A DNA stretch of 64,000 bases from an uncultured Gemmatimonadales bacterium (GTDB lineage: Bacteria > Gemmatimonadota > Gemmatimonadetes > Gemmatimonadales > GWC2-71-9). Where the stretch lies: NCBI GenBank assembly GCA_963739455.1, contig CAVUAK010000003.1, positions 128,001 through 192,000 of the forward strand. The letters run 5' to 3'. Position numbers and translations under genes: made by a program. Positions 9,099 through 18,744 of the stretch are shown piece by piece; within the stretch, counting starts at the first letter, position 1; every line of letters starts with the position of its first letter. The notes below the pieces were generated by a model. That model ran no database searches. It was not told the origin of the DNA and was given only the letters and a program-made list of their open reading frames with translations.

Positions 9099-9628
9099 AC
9101 GAGATTCCTGCGCTGGTCAGGGTGTTTTCCTACTTGTCACTGCTGACCATCGGTGGCGGCATGGCCGCCTTCCCCGCCCTCAAGAACGAGGTGGTGAACA
9201 TTCACCAATGGCTCAGCGAGGCCGCGCTGATCCACCTCTACAGCGTCGGGCAGATGGCGCCCGGACCCAACATGATGATGGTCGCGTCCATCGGCGAGAA
9301 GGTGGCGGGGCCGCTCGGGTCGCTGGTGGTGGTGCTGGCGTTCTTCGTGCCCACGGCGGCCATCACCTTTGCGGTGGGACGGCTGTGGAAGAAGCTCGAG
9401 GGGTGGGCCTGGCGGGACTCCATCAAGCATGGGCTGGGGCCGGTGTCGGTCGGGCTCGTGCTGGCCGGCTCGATCACGCTCGCACGTGGCGCCTTGTTCA
9501 ACTGGGTTGCAGCGGCCATCGCGGTCGCGGTGTTCGTGATCCTGATGCGCACCAGCCGGATCAACCCGGCGTTCCTCATGCTGGGTGGTGCGCTGATCGG
9601 TGTCGTCGCCTTCCGCGGCATGGCCTGA
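9095..9628 (+). CDS. Short-chain chromate ion transporter (CHR family), subunit 2
   Basis: LSLLTIGGG, GQMAPGPN; ATGA overlap with subunit 1. Confidence 0.88.
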   Translation: MNEIPALVRVFSYLSLLTIGGGMAAFPALKNEVVNIHQWLSEAALIHLYSVGQMAPGPNMMMVASIGEKVAGPLGSLVVVLAFFVPTAAITFAVGRLWKKLEGWAWRDSIKHGLGPVSVGLVLAGSITLARGALFNWVAAAIAVAVFVILMRTSRINPAFLMLGGALIGVVAFRGMA

Positions 9629-9660
9629 CCTGACCCTGGGGGACCGTGCCGGAGGAGATC

Positions 9661-10206
9661 CTATGGCACGGTCTCGAAGCTTCCCACCCAGCTCGGCGGG
9701 ATGGGATTGTTCGGCCGCTCATCGTCCCAGACTGCGCCCGTAATCCACCACCGCTTGCCGTCCCAGAATGCCATCAGGTAGTTGATGCCCCTCCCGGTGA
9801 GCGGCCCGCCGTCCACGCGGCGGGTTTCGTACACGCTACGCACCTGCGCCACGTTGCCGAAGCGCTCGATGCGCGAACCGATCTCCGTCTCGAAGAACCC
9901 GTTCTTCACGAAGCTGGTGTTGGTCTTCTGCCGGTACTCCTCGACGCCCAGGATCGCATACACCGGCTTGCCATCCTTCTCATCCATCGCGACGAAGGTG
10001 GCCCCCTCCATGTAGAGCGTGCTGTCCCGCCGCCAGTCGCGCGGTGCTCCGGGGGGCCCGCTGATCACCTCGTAGAAGGCGCGCACGAGCGCAGGAATGG
10101 TGGCGACATCGGCCGGGCTTGCCACTGGAGCCTGCGCCCGCAGTACCGGTGCCGCAGCCAGCGACATCAGGACACCGAGGGTGACGACGCGTGTCTGGAG
10201 GGGCAC
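9661..10206 (-). CDS. Secreted NTF2/SnoaL-like protein
   Basis: Signal peptide ending LRAQ; FYEVISG...RDW, ERFGNVAQVRSVYE, RGINYL...DGKRWWI. The start could be GTG 10206 or ATG 10167. Confidence 0.7.
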   Translation of the reverse strand: MPLQTRVVTLGVLMSLAAAPVLRAQAPVASPADVATIPALVRAFYEVISGPPGAPRDWRRDSTLYMEGATFVAMDEKDGKPVYAILGVEEYRQKTNTSFVKNGFFETEIGSRIERFGNVAQVRSVYETRRVDGGPLTGRGINYLMAFWDGKRWWITGAVWDDERPNNPIPPSWVGSFETVP

Positions 10207-10242
10207 CTGTCGCTCGCTGGTTGGGGGTTGGTAGCTTCTCGC

Positions 10243-11127
10243 ATGCCACGAATCGATCTTGTCCCGGCACTCACTGCGCTGCAGTCGCACCTGCTCTACG
10301 GCGGCGCCCTCATCGCAGTTTCCATTGCGCTCCTGGCTTTCGTCACCAGTGAGATTACCAGGAACTACAGCCAGATCGACAAGCTGTGGAGTATCGTGCC
10401 GCCGGTGTTCGCATGGTACTTCGCCGCCGCGTCGGGCTGGGAGCCGCGCCTGGTGCTCATGGCGCTGCTTGCCAGTGCCTGGGGTGCGCGACTCACCTTC
10501 AACTTCTGGCGCCGGGGTGGCTATTCGTGGCCACCATGGAGCGGCGTCGAGGACTACCGCTGGGCCGTGCTCCGCGCCAACCCGCTGCTCGCAGGTCCGT
10601 GGCGCTGGCGGCTGTTCAATTTCGGCTTCGTATCGCTGTACCAGGTCCTCCTGCTGCTGCTCATCACCTTGCCGGCGGTGGCGGCGGCTGGCGAGGCGCG
10701 CCAGCTGAATTTGCTCGACGCCGGGGCCGCCGCGCTCTTCATCGGCTTCCTGCTGCTCGAGACCGCGGCGGATCAGCAGCAGTACGACTTCCAGACCGAG
10801 AAGCACCGCCGCAGGCGCACTGGCGAGCCGCTTGACGCCGACATGGCGCGCGGCTTCCGCACGTCGGGCCTCTTCGCGCTGGCGCGGCACCCGAATTTCG
10901 CCGCCGAGCAGGCGATCTGGTGTGCCTTCTACCTGTTCGGCGTGGCCGCCACCGGGCGGTGGCTCAACTGGTCTGGTCTCGGTGCGGTGCTGCTCATCCT
11001 GCTGTTCCAGGGCAGCACGCAGTTCACGGAGAAGATTTCCCTCGGCAAGTACCCTGAGTACGCCGCCTATCGTGAGCGGGTGCCACGATTCCTGCCTCGC
11101 CCCTGGGCGCGGCGGCCCGTCTTCTAG
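10243..11127 (+). CDS. DUF1295 family membrane protein (steroid 5-alpha-reductase-like)
   Basis: NYSQIDKLWSI, WGARLTFNF, EDYRW, ETAADQQQ, GLF..ARHPNF.AE, Y..YRERVPRF. Confidence 0.88.
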   Translation: MPRIDLVPALTALQSHLLYGGALIAVSIALLAFVTSEITRNYSQIDKLWSIVPPVFAWYFAAASGWEPRLVLMALLASAWGARLTFNFWRRGGYSWPPWSGVEDYRWAVLRANPLLAGPWRWRLFNFGFVSLYQVLLLLLITLPAVAAAGEARQLNLLDAGAAALFIGFLLLETAADQQQYDFQTEKHRRRRTGEPLDADMARGFRTSGLFALARHPNFAAEQAIWCAFYLFGVAATGRWLNWSGLGAVLLILLFQGSTQFTEKISLGKYPEYAAYRERVPRFLPRPWARRPVF

Positions 11128-13178
11128 CGCGGTGCGTCGCCCTTCACCCACCCCTGGTTACCGGGGTTGAGGTCGGGAAAGGCCCTCTCGGCGTCGATCT
11201 GGATTCGCATCACCTCCGGACTTCGCGGCACCCGACCCGTGATCGTCCGCCGTCCTGTCAGCCACTCCTCGGCTGGGATCGAGACGTGCACCGCACTTCC
11301 ATCCGCCCTTGTCACCGTGAGGTTGACTGGCATCGGTACCAGGCCACGATCCTCGATCGTGATCACCAACGAGTCGCCATCCTCCACCACGGAACTGATC
11401 GCCTGGTCCAGCGGCCACGCCTGGTAGAACCAGCTCACCCAGAACCAGGAGAGGTCACGCCTCGACACGTTGTCGAAGGTGTTGAAGAAGTCGGCGGGAT
11501 CAGGATGCCGCCCCGTCCATCGGCGCCCGTACTCGATCAGCGCGCGATGAAAGGTGGAGTCCCCCAGCACGCCGCGCAGTGCCGCCAGTACCTGCGCCGT
11601 CTTGTTGTAGTTGGATACCCAGTAGAGGTTGAGCGGGAAGAGGTCGCTCCAGGTCATGAGCGCGGCATCATTGCCGTTCTTCGCGGCGCGCGTATAGATC
11701 GCCCGCTGTCCCTGCTCCGTGTCGGCCGGGCGCCCGCCACTCCGCGGTTCTCCGTAGAGCATTCGCATCGCCTGTGCCGTGTTGAACTGCGTCAGGCCCT
11801 CGTCCATCCATGCGTGCCGAGTCTCGTTGGAGCCCACCTGCATCGGGAACCACATGTGCCCGGTCTCGTGCATCAGGTCGCCGGCCAGCGACAGCGTATC
11901 CGCCCACGGCTGCATGAGCGTCATCATCGGGTACTCCATGCCGCCGCTCGTGAGCACCCCTTCCATCGAGGTCATCTGTGGCCAGGGATAGGGCCAGAGG
12001 TACAGCGAGAGTTGCTCGATTGCATCGCGCGTGAAGCGGGCGCCCCCGAGCGGCCACGCCGCCGCTGCTGCGCTCACGCGGAAGAAGCTGTGAATCGCCA
12101 CCGTGTCGACGGTGCCACGCGCCTTGTTCGGCACGAGGGCGGAGGTCGCGTCCCACAGGTAGTGATTCCCGGTGCCCCAAGAAAAGTCGCGCACATTGCT
12201 CGCGCTGAAGTGCCAGGTCGACGTGGACCCCGTCGACACCAGGGCGTTGCCGGTGTTGAGGTCGGCTGCCGCAATGATATGTGCAACGTTGCGGCTGCCC
12301 CGGATCGCCTTCAGGCGCTCGATGGTCCTGGAGGTGAGCACGGAGGTCGAGTCGCGCAGCGTTCCGGTGGCACCGACCACCCAGCCCCGCGGCACCGTCA
12401 CGCGCACATCGTAGTCCGCCATGTCCATGTAGAACTCGGCGCCATTGATGTACGGATCGGTCACCCAGCCATTGATGTCGTCATACACTGCGACCTGCGG
12501 ATACCAGTAGCCGAGGAAGTAGACGTCGTCCTCGCGCCCCTGGCGCCCATCGGAGGGCGAGAGCGGCGGGGTGAACGACCATTCGAAGGCGAAGGTGGCA
12601 CTATCCCCCGGCATGATCGGCCGGGCGAGCCGGATCCACATGACGGTGCCTGAAACTTGATACGCCGCTGCACCGCTATCGGAATCGAGGGTGGCCGCAC
12701 TGAGAGTCAGGCCCTGCGCCTCCACCCGCCCCAGTGTCACACCCCTGGTGATCGGCACCGACTCGCGGCGGGGACTTCCGGGCGCGAAGAGATTCTGCCG
12801 GAGGTAGATCGGCACGGCGCGGAGCGTGTCCGGGGACCGATTCTGGTAGACCACCCGCTCGGTGCCCGAGAGTCGCTTCTTGCCGGGATCGAGCCGGGCG
12901 TCGATGTCGTAGCGGACGCGCTGGGTCCAGTTCGTGGCGCCTGGCTTGCCCGTGCGATCACGGGTGCCGCGCTCCACGGCGCGCGTGAAGTTGCGGGTCT
13001 CATACACCGGTCCGGGAATCGGGCGACCGCCCTTGGCGGTGGCCACCGGATCTTGCACCGGGGCAGGGCGGGTCTGTGCCGCGCACGGCTCGGTGATGAG
13101 TGTGCCACTGATGAGCATCGCGGCGACGGAGAGAATGCAACGCTTGTACGAAGCAACGGGCCACCATGCCTGCACCAT
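11124..13178 (-). CDS. Secreted M1 family aminopeptidase
   Basis: GGMEYP, HETGHMWF-x-WMDEGL (HExxH...E); signal peptide. Confidence 0.9.
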   Translation of the reverse strand: MVQAWWPVASYKRCILSVAAMLISGTLITEPCAAQTRPAPVQDPVATAKGGRPIPGPVYETRNFTRAVERGTRDRTGKPGATNWTQRVRYDIDARLDPGKKRLSGTERVVYQNRSPDTLRAVPIYLRQNLFAPGSPRRESVPITRGVTLGRVEAQGLTLSAATLDSDSGAAAYQVSGTVMWIRLARPIMPGDSATFAFEWSFTPPLSPSDGRQGREDDVYFLGYWYPQVAVYDDINGWVTDPYINGAEFYMDMADYDVRVTVPRGWVVGATGTLRDSTSVLTSRTIERLKAIRGSRNVAHIIAAADLNTGNALVSTGSTSTWHFSASNVRDFSWGTGNHYLWDATSALVPNKARGTVDTVAIHSFFRVSAAAAAWPLGGARFTRDAIEQLSLYLWPYPWPQMTSMEGVLTSGGMEYPMMTLMQPWADTLSLAGDLMHETGHMWFPMQVGSNETRHAWMDEGLTQFNTAQAMRMLYGEPRSGGRPADTEQGQRAIYTRAAKNGNDAALMTWSDLFPLNLYWVSNYNKTAQVLAALRGVLGDSTFHRALIEYGRRWTGRHPDPADFFNTFDNVSRRDLSWFWVSWFYQAWPLDQAISSVVEDGDSLVITIEDRGLVPMPVNLTVTRADGSAVHVSIPAEEWLTGRRTITGRVPRSPEVMRIQIDAERAFPDLNPGNQGWVKGDAPR

Positions 13179-13186
13179 TCGCGGGG

Positions 13187-15025
13187 TCACTTGCTGAAGA
13201 GTGTGTCGTACTTGCCGGTGGCGAGCACGGAGTCGAATCGGCCGGCGATCTGTGCAACGAGAACGGTGTCGTTCGCCGGCGGCTTCATGGAGACCAGGAC
13301 ATAACCCGGGCCGGCGCTGTGGGCCACGTTCACCACGTTGCTCCCCACCTGGACCGGAGACTCGTACGCATCCGGATCGGCGGCGAGCCGCTCGCCCTTG
13401 AACTCGGCGACGATGAAGGCAACCAGTGCGTCTCGCAGGGAATCGGTCCCCTTTTCCAGGCGGTAGCTGCGGTCGCCGGCGGCATCCACCGAAAGCTGGC
13501 CATGGTAGGGTAGCGGGACGAAGGAACGGCGCTCCACCAGGCGGTCGACGCCATCGGCGCCGCGCTTCCACTCGAAGTGATGCGCCAGCCAGGAGGGATC
13601 CAGGGCCTCGAGGTCGCCGTAGCGCATCCGGGATCCATCGACCGGCAACGCATAGGTATGGTTGCCAATGAAATCGGTGACGAGGATGGCCGGTGCTTCC
13701 GGTGAATGACCGATGTACCCGAAGGCGGCGAAGCTGTGCTCGTCGGGTGACACGCCCAGCGGCGGTACGGAGCTTTCGTTGCTGGACGCCGAGTCGGGGG
13801 CGAATCGATGCACAGTGAGATTGCGCGTGTCGATCACGGCATTGCCCAGTACGTAAAGTCCCGGAAGAGTGTAGGTGGTACGGTCGATCTGGCCGCGGAC
13901 GACGGACCTCCCGCGTGCCGCTCGAAAGCGCGCATCGTCGGAAGTGAGTGGCGCGCCCTGCTCGCTCCGCAGCTCATCGATGAACTGGACCCTGGCCTGG
14001 TTGTTGGTGGCCGAGAGCAGATACCAGTAACCGACATTGCCCAGGGGGTCGGCGTGCACCAGGAATGCCGGCCGCGGTCCAGCGAGCAATGCCACGTCAT
14101 CGATGCGGTCGAAGCGGGTGATGCCGCTGCTGTCCTCGCTCGTGGCGCCCTCGACCACAACTGGTTGTCCGCCGAGCCGCAGGTCAAAGAGGGCGACGGC
14201 GGCGCTGATGCTGCTCCCGTCAACCTGCATGTCGAAGAAGCTGCTCGCCTTCGTGTCTACCTCCCACGCGCCGATCGTCTCCGTCCGGATCGGCTGGCTT
14301 ACCGGCTGCACCCGATAGCGGTACGTGTAGCGATTGATCGCCGGGGCACCGGCGCGCGCGGTCGGCAGCCAGTCACTCCATTCGAGGTTGCGTCGGCCTG
14401 GGAATGCCGGCAGCGGGACCAGGAACGCCTCGTGGTGCGTCTCACTGGAATCATCCAGCGACACCACCAGGAGCCGGCTCCCGCGGCTGGTGAAGACGCT
14501 CACGGCGCCGGGCGCCACCCATCGTCCGTCAACCAGGTGCGCGTCCTCCTTCCACAGCGGACCGCGCTCGGAGGCGCGCACGGTATGCGAGAACATCGGG
14601 ATGGAATGCAGTGTCAGTGAGGCATGACCCGGCTCGCTCGCGGGAGACCGAGCCTGATCCGCGGGCCACCGAACCTCGACCGCCAGGAACAGCGGCTCTC
14701 CGCCGATCTCCGGCGGCACGTCGGCGAGCAGGCGGAACACTCCGCCGCTCAGCGCTGCGGTCCCCACGACAATGGCAACCGATCGCCCCAGCGCCTTGAG
14801 AAATCCGGGATTCGCCCCTCCCGCCACGACGCGCGCGACGATGAGGCCGAACACGGTGCCCGCGACCAGGCAGATCAGGGCAATCATCAGGACGTAGAAG
14901 CCCGATTCGCCCTCGCGGCTCGAGATGCTATACCACTCCGTGCAGGCGGCGGCGACGAGACCGCCGGCCAGCATCGCGACGATACCGGTAAGCAGGGCAC
15001 TGAAGAGTGAGGCTGGCCAGGACAT
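13187..15025 (-). CDS. Hypothetical membrane-anchored protein (N-terminal TMs plus a large soluble domain)
   Basis: 612-aa ORF with about 3 hydrophobic segments in the first 100 aa; fits the minus-strand gene string. Confidence 0.7.
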   Translation of the reverse strand: MSWPASLFSALLTGIVAMLAGGLVAAACTEWYSISSREGESGFYVLMIALICLVAGTVFGLIVARVVAGGANPGFLKALGRSVAIVVGTAALSGGVFRLLADVPPEIGGEPLFLAVEVRWPADQARSPASEPGHASLTLHSIPMFSHTVRASERGPLWKEDAHLVDGRWVAPGAVSVFTSRGSRLLVVSLDDSSETHHEAFLVPLPAFPGRRNLEWSDWLPTARAGAPAINRYTYRYRVQPVSQPIRTETIGAWEVDTKASSFFDMQVDGSSISAAVALFDLRLGGQPVVVEGATSEDSSGITRFDRIDDVALLAGPRPAFLVHADPLGNVGYWYLLSATNNQARVQFIDELRSEQGAPLTSDDARFRAARGRSVVRGQIDRTTYTLPGLYVLGNAVIDTRNLTVHRFAPDSASSNESSVPPLGVSPDEHSFAAFGYIGHSPEAPAILVTDFIGNHTYALPVDGSRMRYGDLEALDPSWLAHHFEWKRGADGVDRLVERRSFVPLPYHGQLSVDAAGDRSYRLEKGTDSLRDALVAFIVAEFKGERLAADPDAYESPVQVGSNVVNVAHSAGPGYVLVSMKPPANDTVLVAQIAGRFDSVLATGKYDTLFSK

Positions 15026-15036
15026 GTAGGACCGTG

Positions 15037-15540
15037 TCAGTGGGTGTCGTGCTCGAGGCCACTCTTGCGGATGAAGCTCTCGAGCCCATCCGCGGCGCGG
15101 CGCCGGATGGCGTTCTGTATCGGAGGTGACCAGCCGAGCAGCAGGCCTCGCCAGCCCAGCGCCTGCCCGGCCCAGGTGTAGAGGCTGAACTTGTCATCGT
15201 GACGGACGAAGTGGCCGTCGCGGAAATGAAAGAAGGCATCGATGCGGTTGTGTATCCGCCGCCCGGTGCCGGTGAACGGGTACTTCGCTTCCCAGTGGGC
15301 CGAACCGCGCGCGCTATCGGCCTCGATGCCGGAGACCTCGATCTCCAGCTCGGTGGCTCGCTCGCACAGCATCCGCCACATTGCCCCGATACGCCAGCCG
15401 GTCAGTTGCCCGAAGACGGGATCACGGAATGCGGCGTCGGGGGCATAGCAACCCGCCATGGTCCGGTGGTCACGCTGCTGGAACGCCGCGTAGAACGCGG
15501 CGATCAGCGCCGCATGCCTGGCCACAGGCTCGAGCGTCAA
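15037..15540 (-). CDS. NTF2/SnoaL-like domain protein
   Basis: LIAAFYAAFQQRD..TMAGCY.PDA.F.DPVF, AMWRML, HWEAKY.F..TGR...N; a TTG start overlaps the upstream stop. Confidence 0.85.
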   Translation of the reverse strand: MTLEPVARHAALIAAFYAAFQQRDHRTMAGCYAPDAAFRDPVFGQLTGWRIGAMWRMLCERATELEIEVSGIEADSARGSAHWEAKYPFTGTGRRIHNRIDAFFHFRDGHFVRHDDKFSLYTWAGQALGWRGLLLGWSPPIQNAIRRRAADGLESFIRKSGLEHDTH

Positions 15541-15977
15541 TTCACCTTCCGGCTCGTGTAGATCTTGTTCACGATACGCCACTCTCCGCCCAGCTGCAGC
15601 ATGTTGAGATAATTCACGTAGATCGACGTGGGGTAGGTCTCCCTGACCTTCACCGAGGCGGCATTGCCCGTCACGTCCACCGAGAGGACCTCGAACGACC
15701 CTTTTTCTTCCTTCCCGGCGACGCTGGCGAACATGGCATACCACTCCGGCTGTGTCAGCTGGCCGATCGATCCATCCTTCTTGACGAACATGAGTCTCGC
15801 ATCAGGCCAGAACGCCGCCTCGAAATCCTTCACGTCGTTGAACCTGAGGCCGTGGAGGTAACGCTCGACCACCGCGCGCACCTGGTTCTCGGACGTGGTG
15901 GGCGTATCCTGCGCCTGGAGTGCCGGGGTGCAGGCAAGCATTGCCGCGGCAACGGACAGCGTGGCGAGCGCGCGCAT
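15537..15977 (-). CDS. Secreted NTF2-like (Lumazine_bd_2-type) protein
   Basis: Signal peptide; VRAVVERYL.G, AFWPDA, VDVTGNAASVKV, GEWRIVNKIY. Confidence 0.85.
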   Translation of the reverse strand: MRALATLSVAAAMLACTPALQAQDTPTTSENQVRAVVERYLHGLRFNDVKDFEAAFWPDARLMFVKKDGSIGQLTQPEWYAMFASVAGKEEKGSFEVLSVDVTGNAASVKVRETYPTSIYVNYLNMLQLGGEWRIVNKIYTSRKVN

Positions 15978-16018
15978 GGTGGTCCTCGTATGGGAAGGGT
16001 GTCGGTGCTGATGCTCTC

Positions 16019-16288
16019 CTACGAGTCGCCGCCACCTTTCGTGTCGTCCCTCGAGGCCTCGAGTGCTCCCTCACGGCAGAGACCCTGCATGCGCGCGTCC
16101 GCGTAGGCGTCACAGCGGGCACACTCGAGCCGGGTACCGAGATGTGCCAGGCGCGACGCCTCCTTCAGGACCCACTCGCGCACTTGCCAGGGCGGGTCAT
16201 GCCGGACGTGCTGCGCGTGGCCACAGGCGAGCTCGGCAACCCAGTGCCCCTCGGCGTCCTGATGAAAGCCGGTGATCGGCTGCTGCAT
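16019..16288 (-). CDS. DUF3565 family small protein
   Basis: ITGFHQD.EGHWVAELACGH.QHVRH.PPW..R.WV, ending in CxxC. Confidence 0.85.
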   Translation of the reverse strand: MQQPITGFHQDAEGHWVAELACGHAQHVRHDPPWQVREWVLKEASRLAHLGTRLECARCDAYADARMQGLCREGALEASRDDTKGGGDS

Positions 16289-16298
16289 GTGCGTCAGC

Positions 16299-18734
16299 TC
16301 AACCCGGCTTCGCGGGTGCGATCGCCTGCCTGATCGCGTCCGCAACCGTGACGCGTCGCTCGACGGCGAGGCGCTGCTGCAGCGTTGCCTTCCCGGCCGG
16401 CCCGCCGACTCGGGCGAGCGTCTGCACGGCGCTCACCGCAAAGAGCGGGTCGGGGTCGCTGAGGTACTTCGTCGCCGTTTCGATGGCCGGTGTCTTGTCA
16501 TCGCGAGCTGAGAGATAGCGCAGCCCGGCCTGGCGGAGATTTCTCGGCTCCGACGGATTGGTGAGGGCGATGAGTGCCTGGATCACCGCCGCATCGGGTT
16601 GCTTCCTGACCTGGTAGGCGGCTTCCTGCCGCAGCCCTAGCGGCCAGCCCGGCGCCGTTCGCGAGATGAGCAATGCGCGGATCGCAGGGTCTGCTGGATC
16701 GAGCTCTGCTATGGCCCGCTCCTGCACCGCGGCATTGGGATCCGTCTCGAACATCGCGCGCGCCGCTGGGCGCGCGCCCGCCGAGTCGAGCGCTGCCCAC
16801 GCCTCGATCGCGGCGCCGCGCACGCCGCTCGCCGGGTCACGCGTTGCGGAGCGGATCAACGGGAGGTCGGTCACGTCATGGCGCGTGGCCAGCTGGTCCA
16901 TCGCCTCTTCCCGGAGCATCGACTCACGCTCGTTCAGCACGATGAAGCGGCGGGCGCTGTCGGCGGCCGGCGTGGCGTTGCTGTCGAGGGCGCGCAGGGC
17001 CCAGAGACGGGCACCGAATTCGAGGTCATGCATGGCCATGGCGCCGAGCTCGGCGGGCGTCTGGTCCGTCTTCACGGTGCCGAGCAGCCAGGCGCCTTCA
17101 TCAAAGCGGAATGAGAGCGGCTCCTGCGGCAACGGCAGCGCGAAGGTCTCCTGCTGCTTTGTCACCATGATCTCACGCCGCACCACCGAGTCGGCAGTGA
17201 TGATGCGGATCGTAACCGGAAACCGGAACAGCGGATGGGTCGCGTCGATCCTCTGCGTCTGGATGACGCTGACATGCAGCGAGCTCGTCGAGGGATCCCA
17301 GTGCCGCGTCACGCTGACCTTCGGGTAGCCGATGCCGTAGCACCACTGGTCGAAGAACCAGTCGAGGTCCATGTTCGCGGTGCGCTCGAAGGCAATCGCG
17401 AAATCCTCCGTCCGCACCGGCTTGTAGGCATTGTCGGTGAGGAAGCGCTGCATTCCCGCCCAGAACAGCGAGTCACCCAGGAGGCGCCGCAACTGGTGGG
17501 CAACCTGCGCGCCCTTGGGATAGATGTGGCCGGTGAAGAAGAGCTGGATGGGATCACCAGTGCTGTCCCCGAACACCAGTGGGCGCTCCTGCCGGAGGTC
17601 GGCACCCATCGCTTCCTGCTGCTGGTAGTACCATGAGCGCTGGCCGGCACTCCAGCCGCGGCTCTTCTCGTTCTGCACCGACTCCATGTAGGTGGTAAGA
17701 CCCTCGTTGACCCACGCATGCGACCAGGTCGCCGTGGTGGTGAGGTCGCCGAACCACTGGTGCGCCAGCTCATGGGCCACGAGGCCGCGACCGCTGTGCT
17801 CCGGCTCACCCTCGGCGCCGTGCAGCACGAGGTCCGTCTGCGTGGTGGCCGAGACGTTCTCCATGCCGCCATAGGTGAAGTCCGGTATCACCGCCTGGCT
17901 GTACTTGGGCCATGGATAGTTCACGCCCAGCACCTGCGAATAGATCTCGATCATCGATGGCGTCTCGCCGAACGTGCGCCATCCGGCGGGAACCGTGTCG
18001 GGCGCCACCCAGTAGTCCACCGGTCGGCCACGCCACTGGTCGCGGAGCACCGTGAAGGGCCCGATCACGACGGAATAGAGGTAGGTCGACGCGGGTCGCT
18101 GCTGCACCCAGTGCCACACGCTGCGCCCGTTGGGCGCGGGTGTCACCCCGGCAAGCGTCCCGTTGGAGAGCACCGACATCCCCGAGTCGGCGGTGACGAG
18201 GAACTCCCAGGTGGTCTTGTCGTTCGGCCAGTCGTACGTCGGTACCCAGCTCCGGGTCTCGATTGCCTCGCCCTGGGTCCAGACGACATGGCTCCGGGGC
18301 ACGAAGTAGAGTCCCCGCTCGGGCACGCCGGCATAGGCGAGGGAGAACTGCACCGTGTCGCCGGGAACCACGCGCTTCGGCAGTCGCACCGTCACGTGCG
18401 TCGTGTCGGCGAGGAAGCGGAGCTTCCGGCCCTTCGCGTCGGTGGCGCCGGTGATCGTCAGGTGGTCGGCGTCGAGTCGCACCGTGTCCGTTGCGGTCGT
18501 CGCGATGATGGTGGTCTGGACATCGCCATGGATCGCGAGGTGAGACCAGTCAACTTCAATCGCGATGCGCTGGTGGATCAGGTCGAACCGGCGCGGCCGT
18601 TCCTGAAGGGACACCGGCGGAGTGTACGCCCCGATGGACTGCGCAACCGAGGCGTGGGGCAGGAGCGTAAGGGCCGCCAGCACCACAAGGCGCCACAGCA
18701 GGGAAGCGGGGATGCACGGACGACTGCGCGGCAT
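16299..18734 (-). CDS. Secreted M1 family aminopeptidase with C-terminal HEAT-like repeats
   Basis: GGMEN, HELAHQWFG-x-NEG, IYPKGA, FFDQW; signal peptide. Confidence 0.92.
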   Translation of the reverse strand: MPRSRPCIPASLLWRLVVLAALTLLPHASVAQSIGAYTPPVSLQERPRRFDLIHQRIAIEVDWSHLAIHGDVQTTIIATTATDTVRLDADHLTITGATDAKGRKLRFLADTTHVTVRLPKRVVPGDTVQFSLAYAGVPERGLYFVPRSHVVWTQGEAIETRSWVPTYDWPNDKTTWEFLVTADSGMSVLSNGTLAGVTPAPNGRSVWHWVQQRPASTYLYSVVIGPFTVLRDQWRGRPVDYWVAPDTVPAGWRTFGETPSMIEIYSQVLGVNYPWPKYSQAVIPDFTYGGMENVSATTQTDLVLHGAEGEPEHSGRGLVAHELAHQWFGDLTTTATWSHAWVNEGLTTYMESVQNEKSRGWSAGQRSWYYQQQEAMGADLRQERPLVFGDSTGDPIQLFFTGHIYPKGAQVAHQLRRLLGDSLFWAGMQRFLTDNAYKPVRTEDFAIAFERTANMDLDWFFDQWCYGIGYPKVSVTRHWDPSTSSLHVSVIQTQRIDATHPLFRFPVTIRIITADSVVRREIMVTKQQETFALPLPQEPLSFRFDEGAWLLGTVKTDQTPAELGAMAMHDLEFGARLWALRALDSNATPAADSARRFIVLNERESMLREEAMDQLATRHDVTDLPLIRSATRDPASGVRGAAIEAWAALDSAGARPAARAMFETDPNAAVQERAIAELDPADPAIRALLISRTAPGWPLGLRQEAAYQVRKQPDAAVIQALIALTNPSEPRNLRQAGLRYLSARDDKTPAIETATKYLSDPDPLFAVSAVQTLARVGGPAGKATLQQRLAVERRVTVADAIRQAIAPAKPG

Positions 18735-18744
18735 GAGGTGCTTT

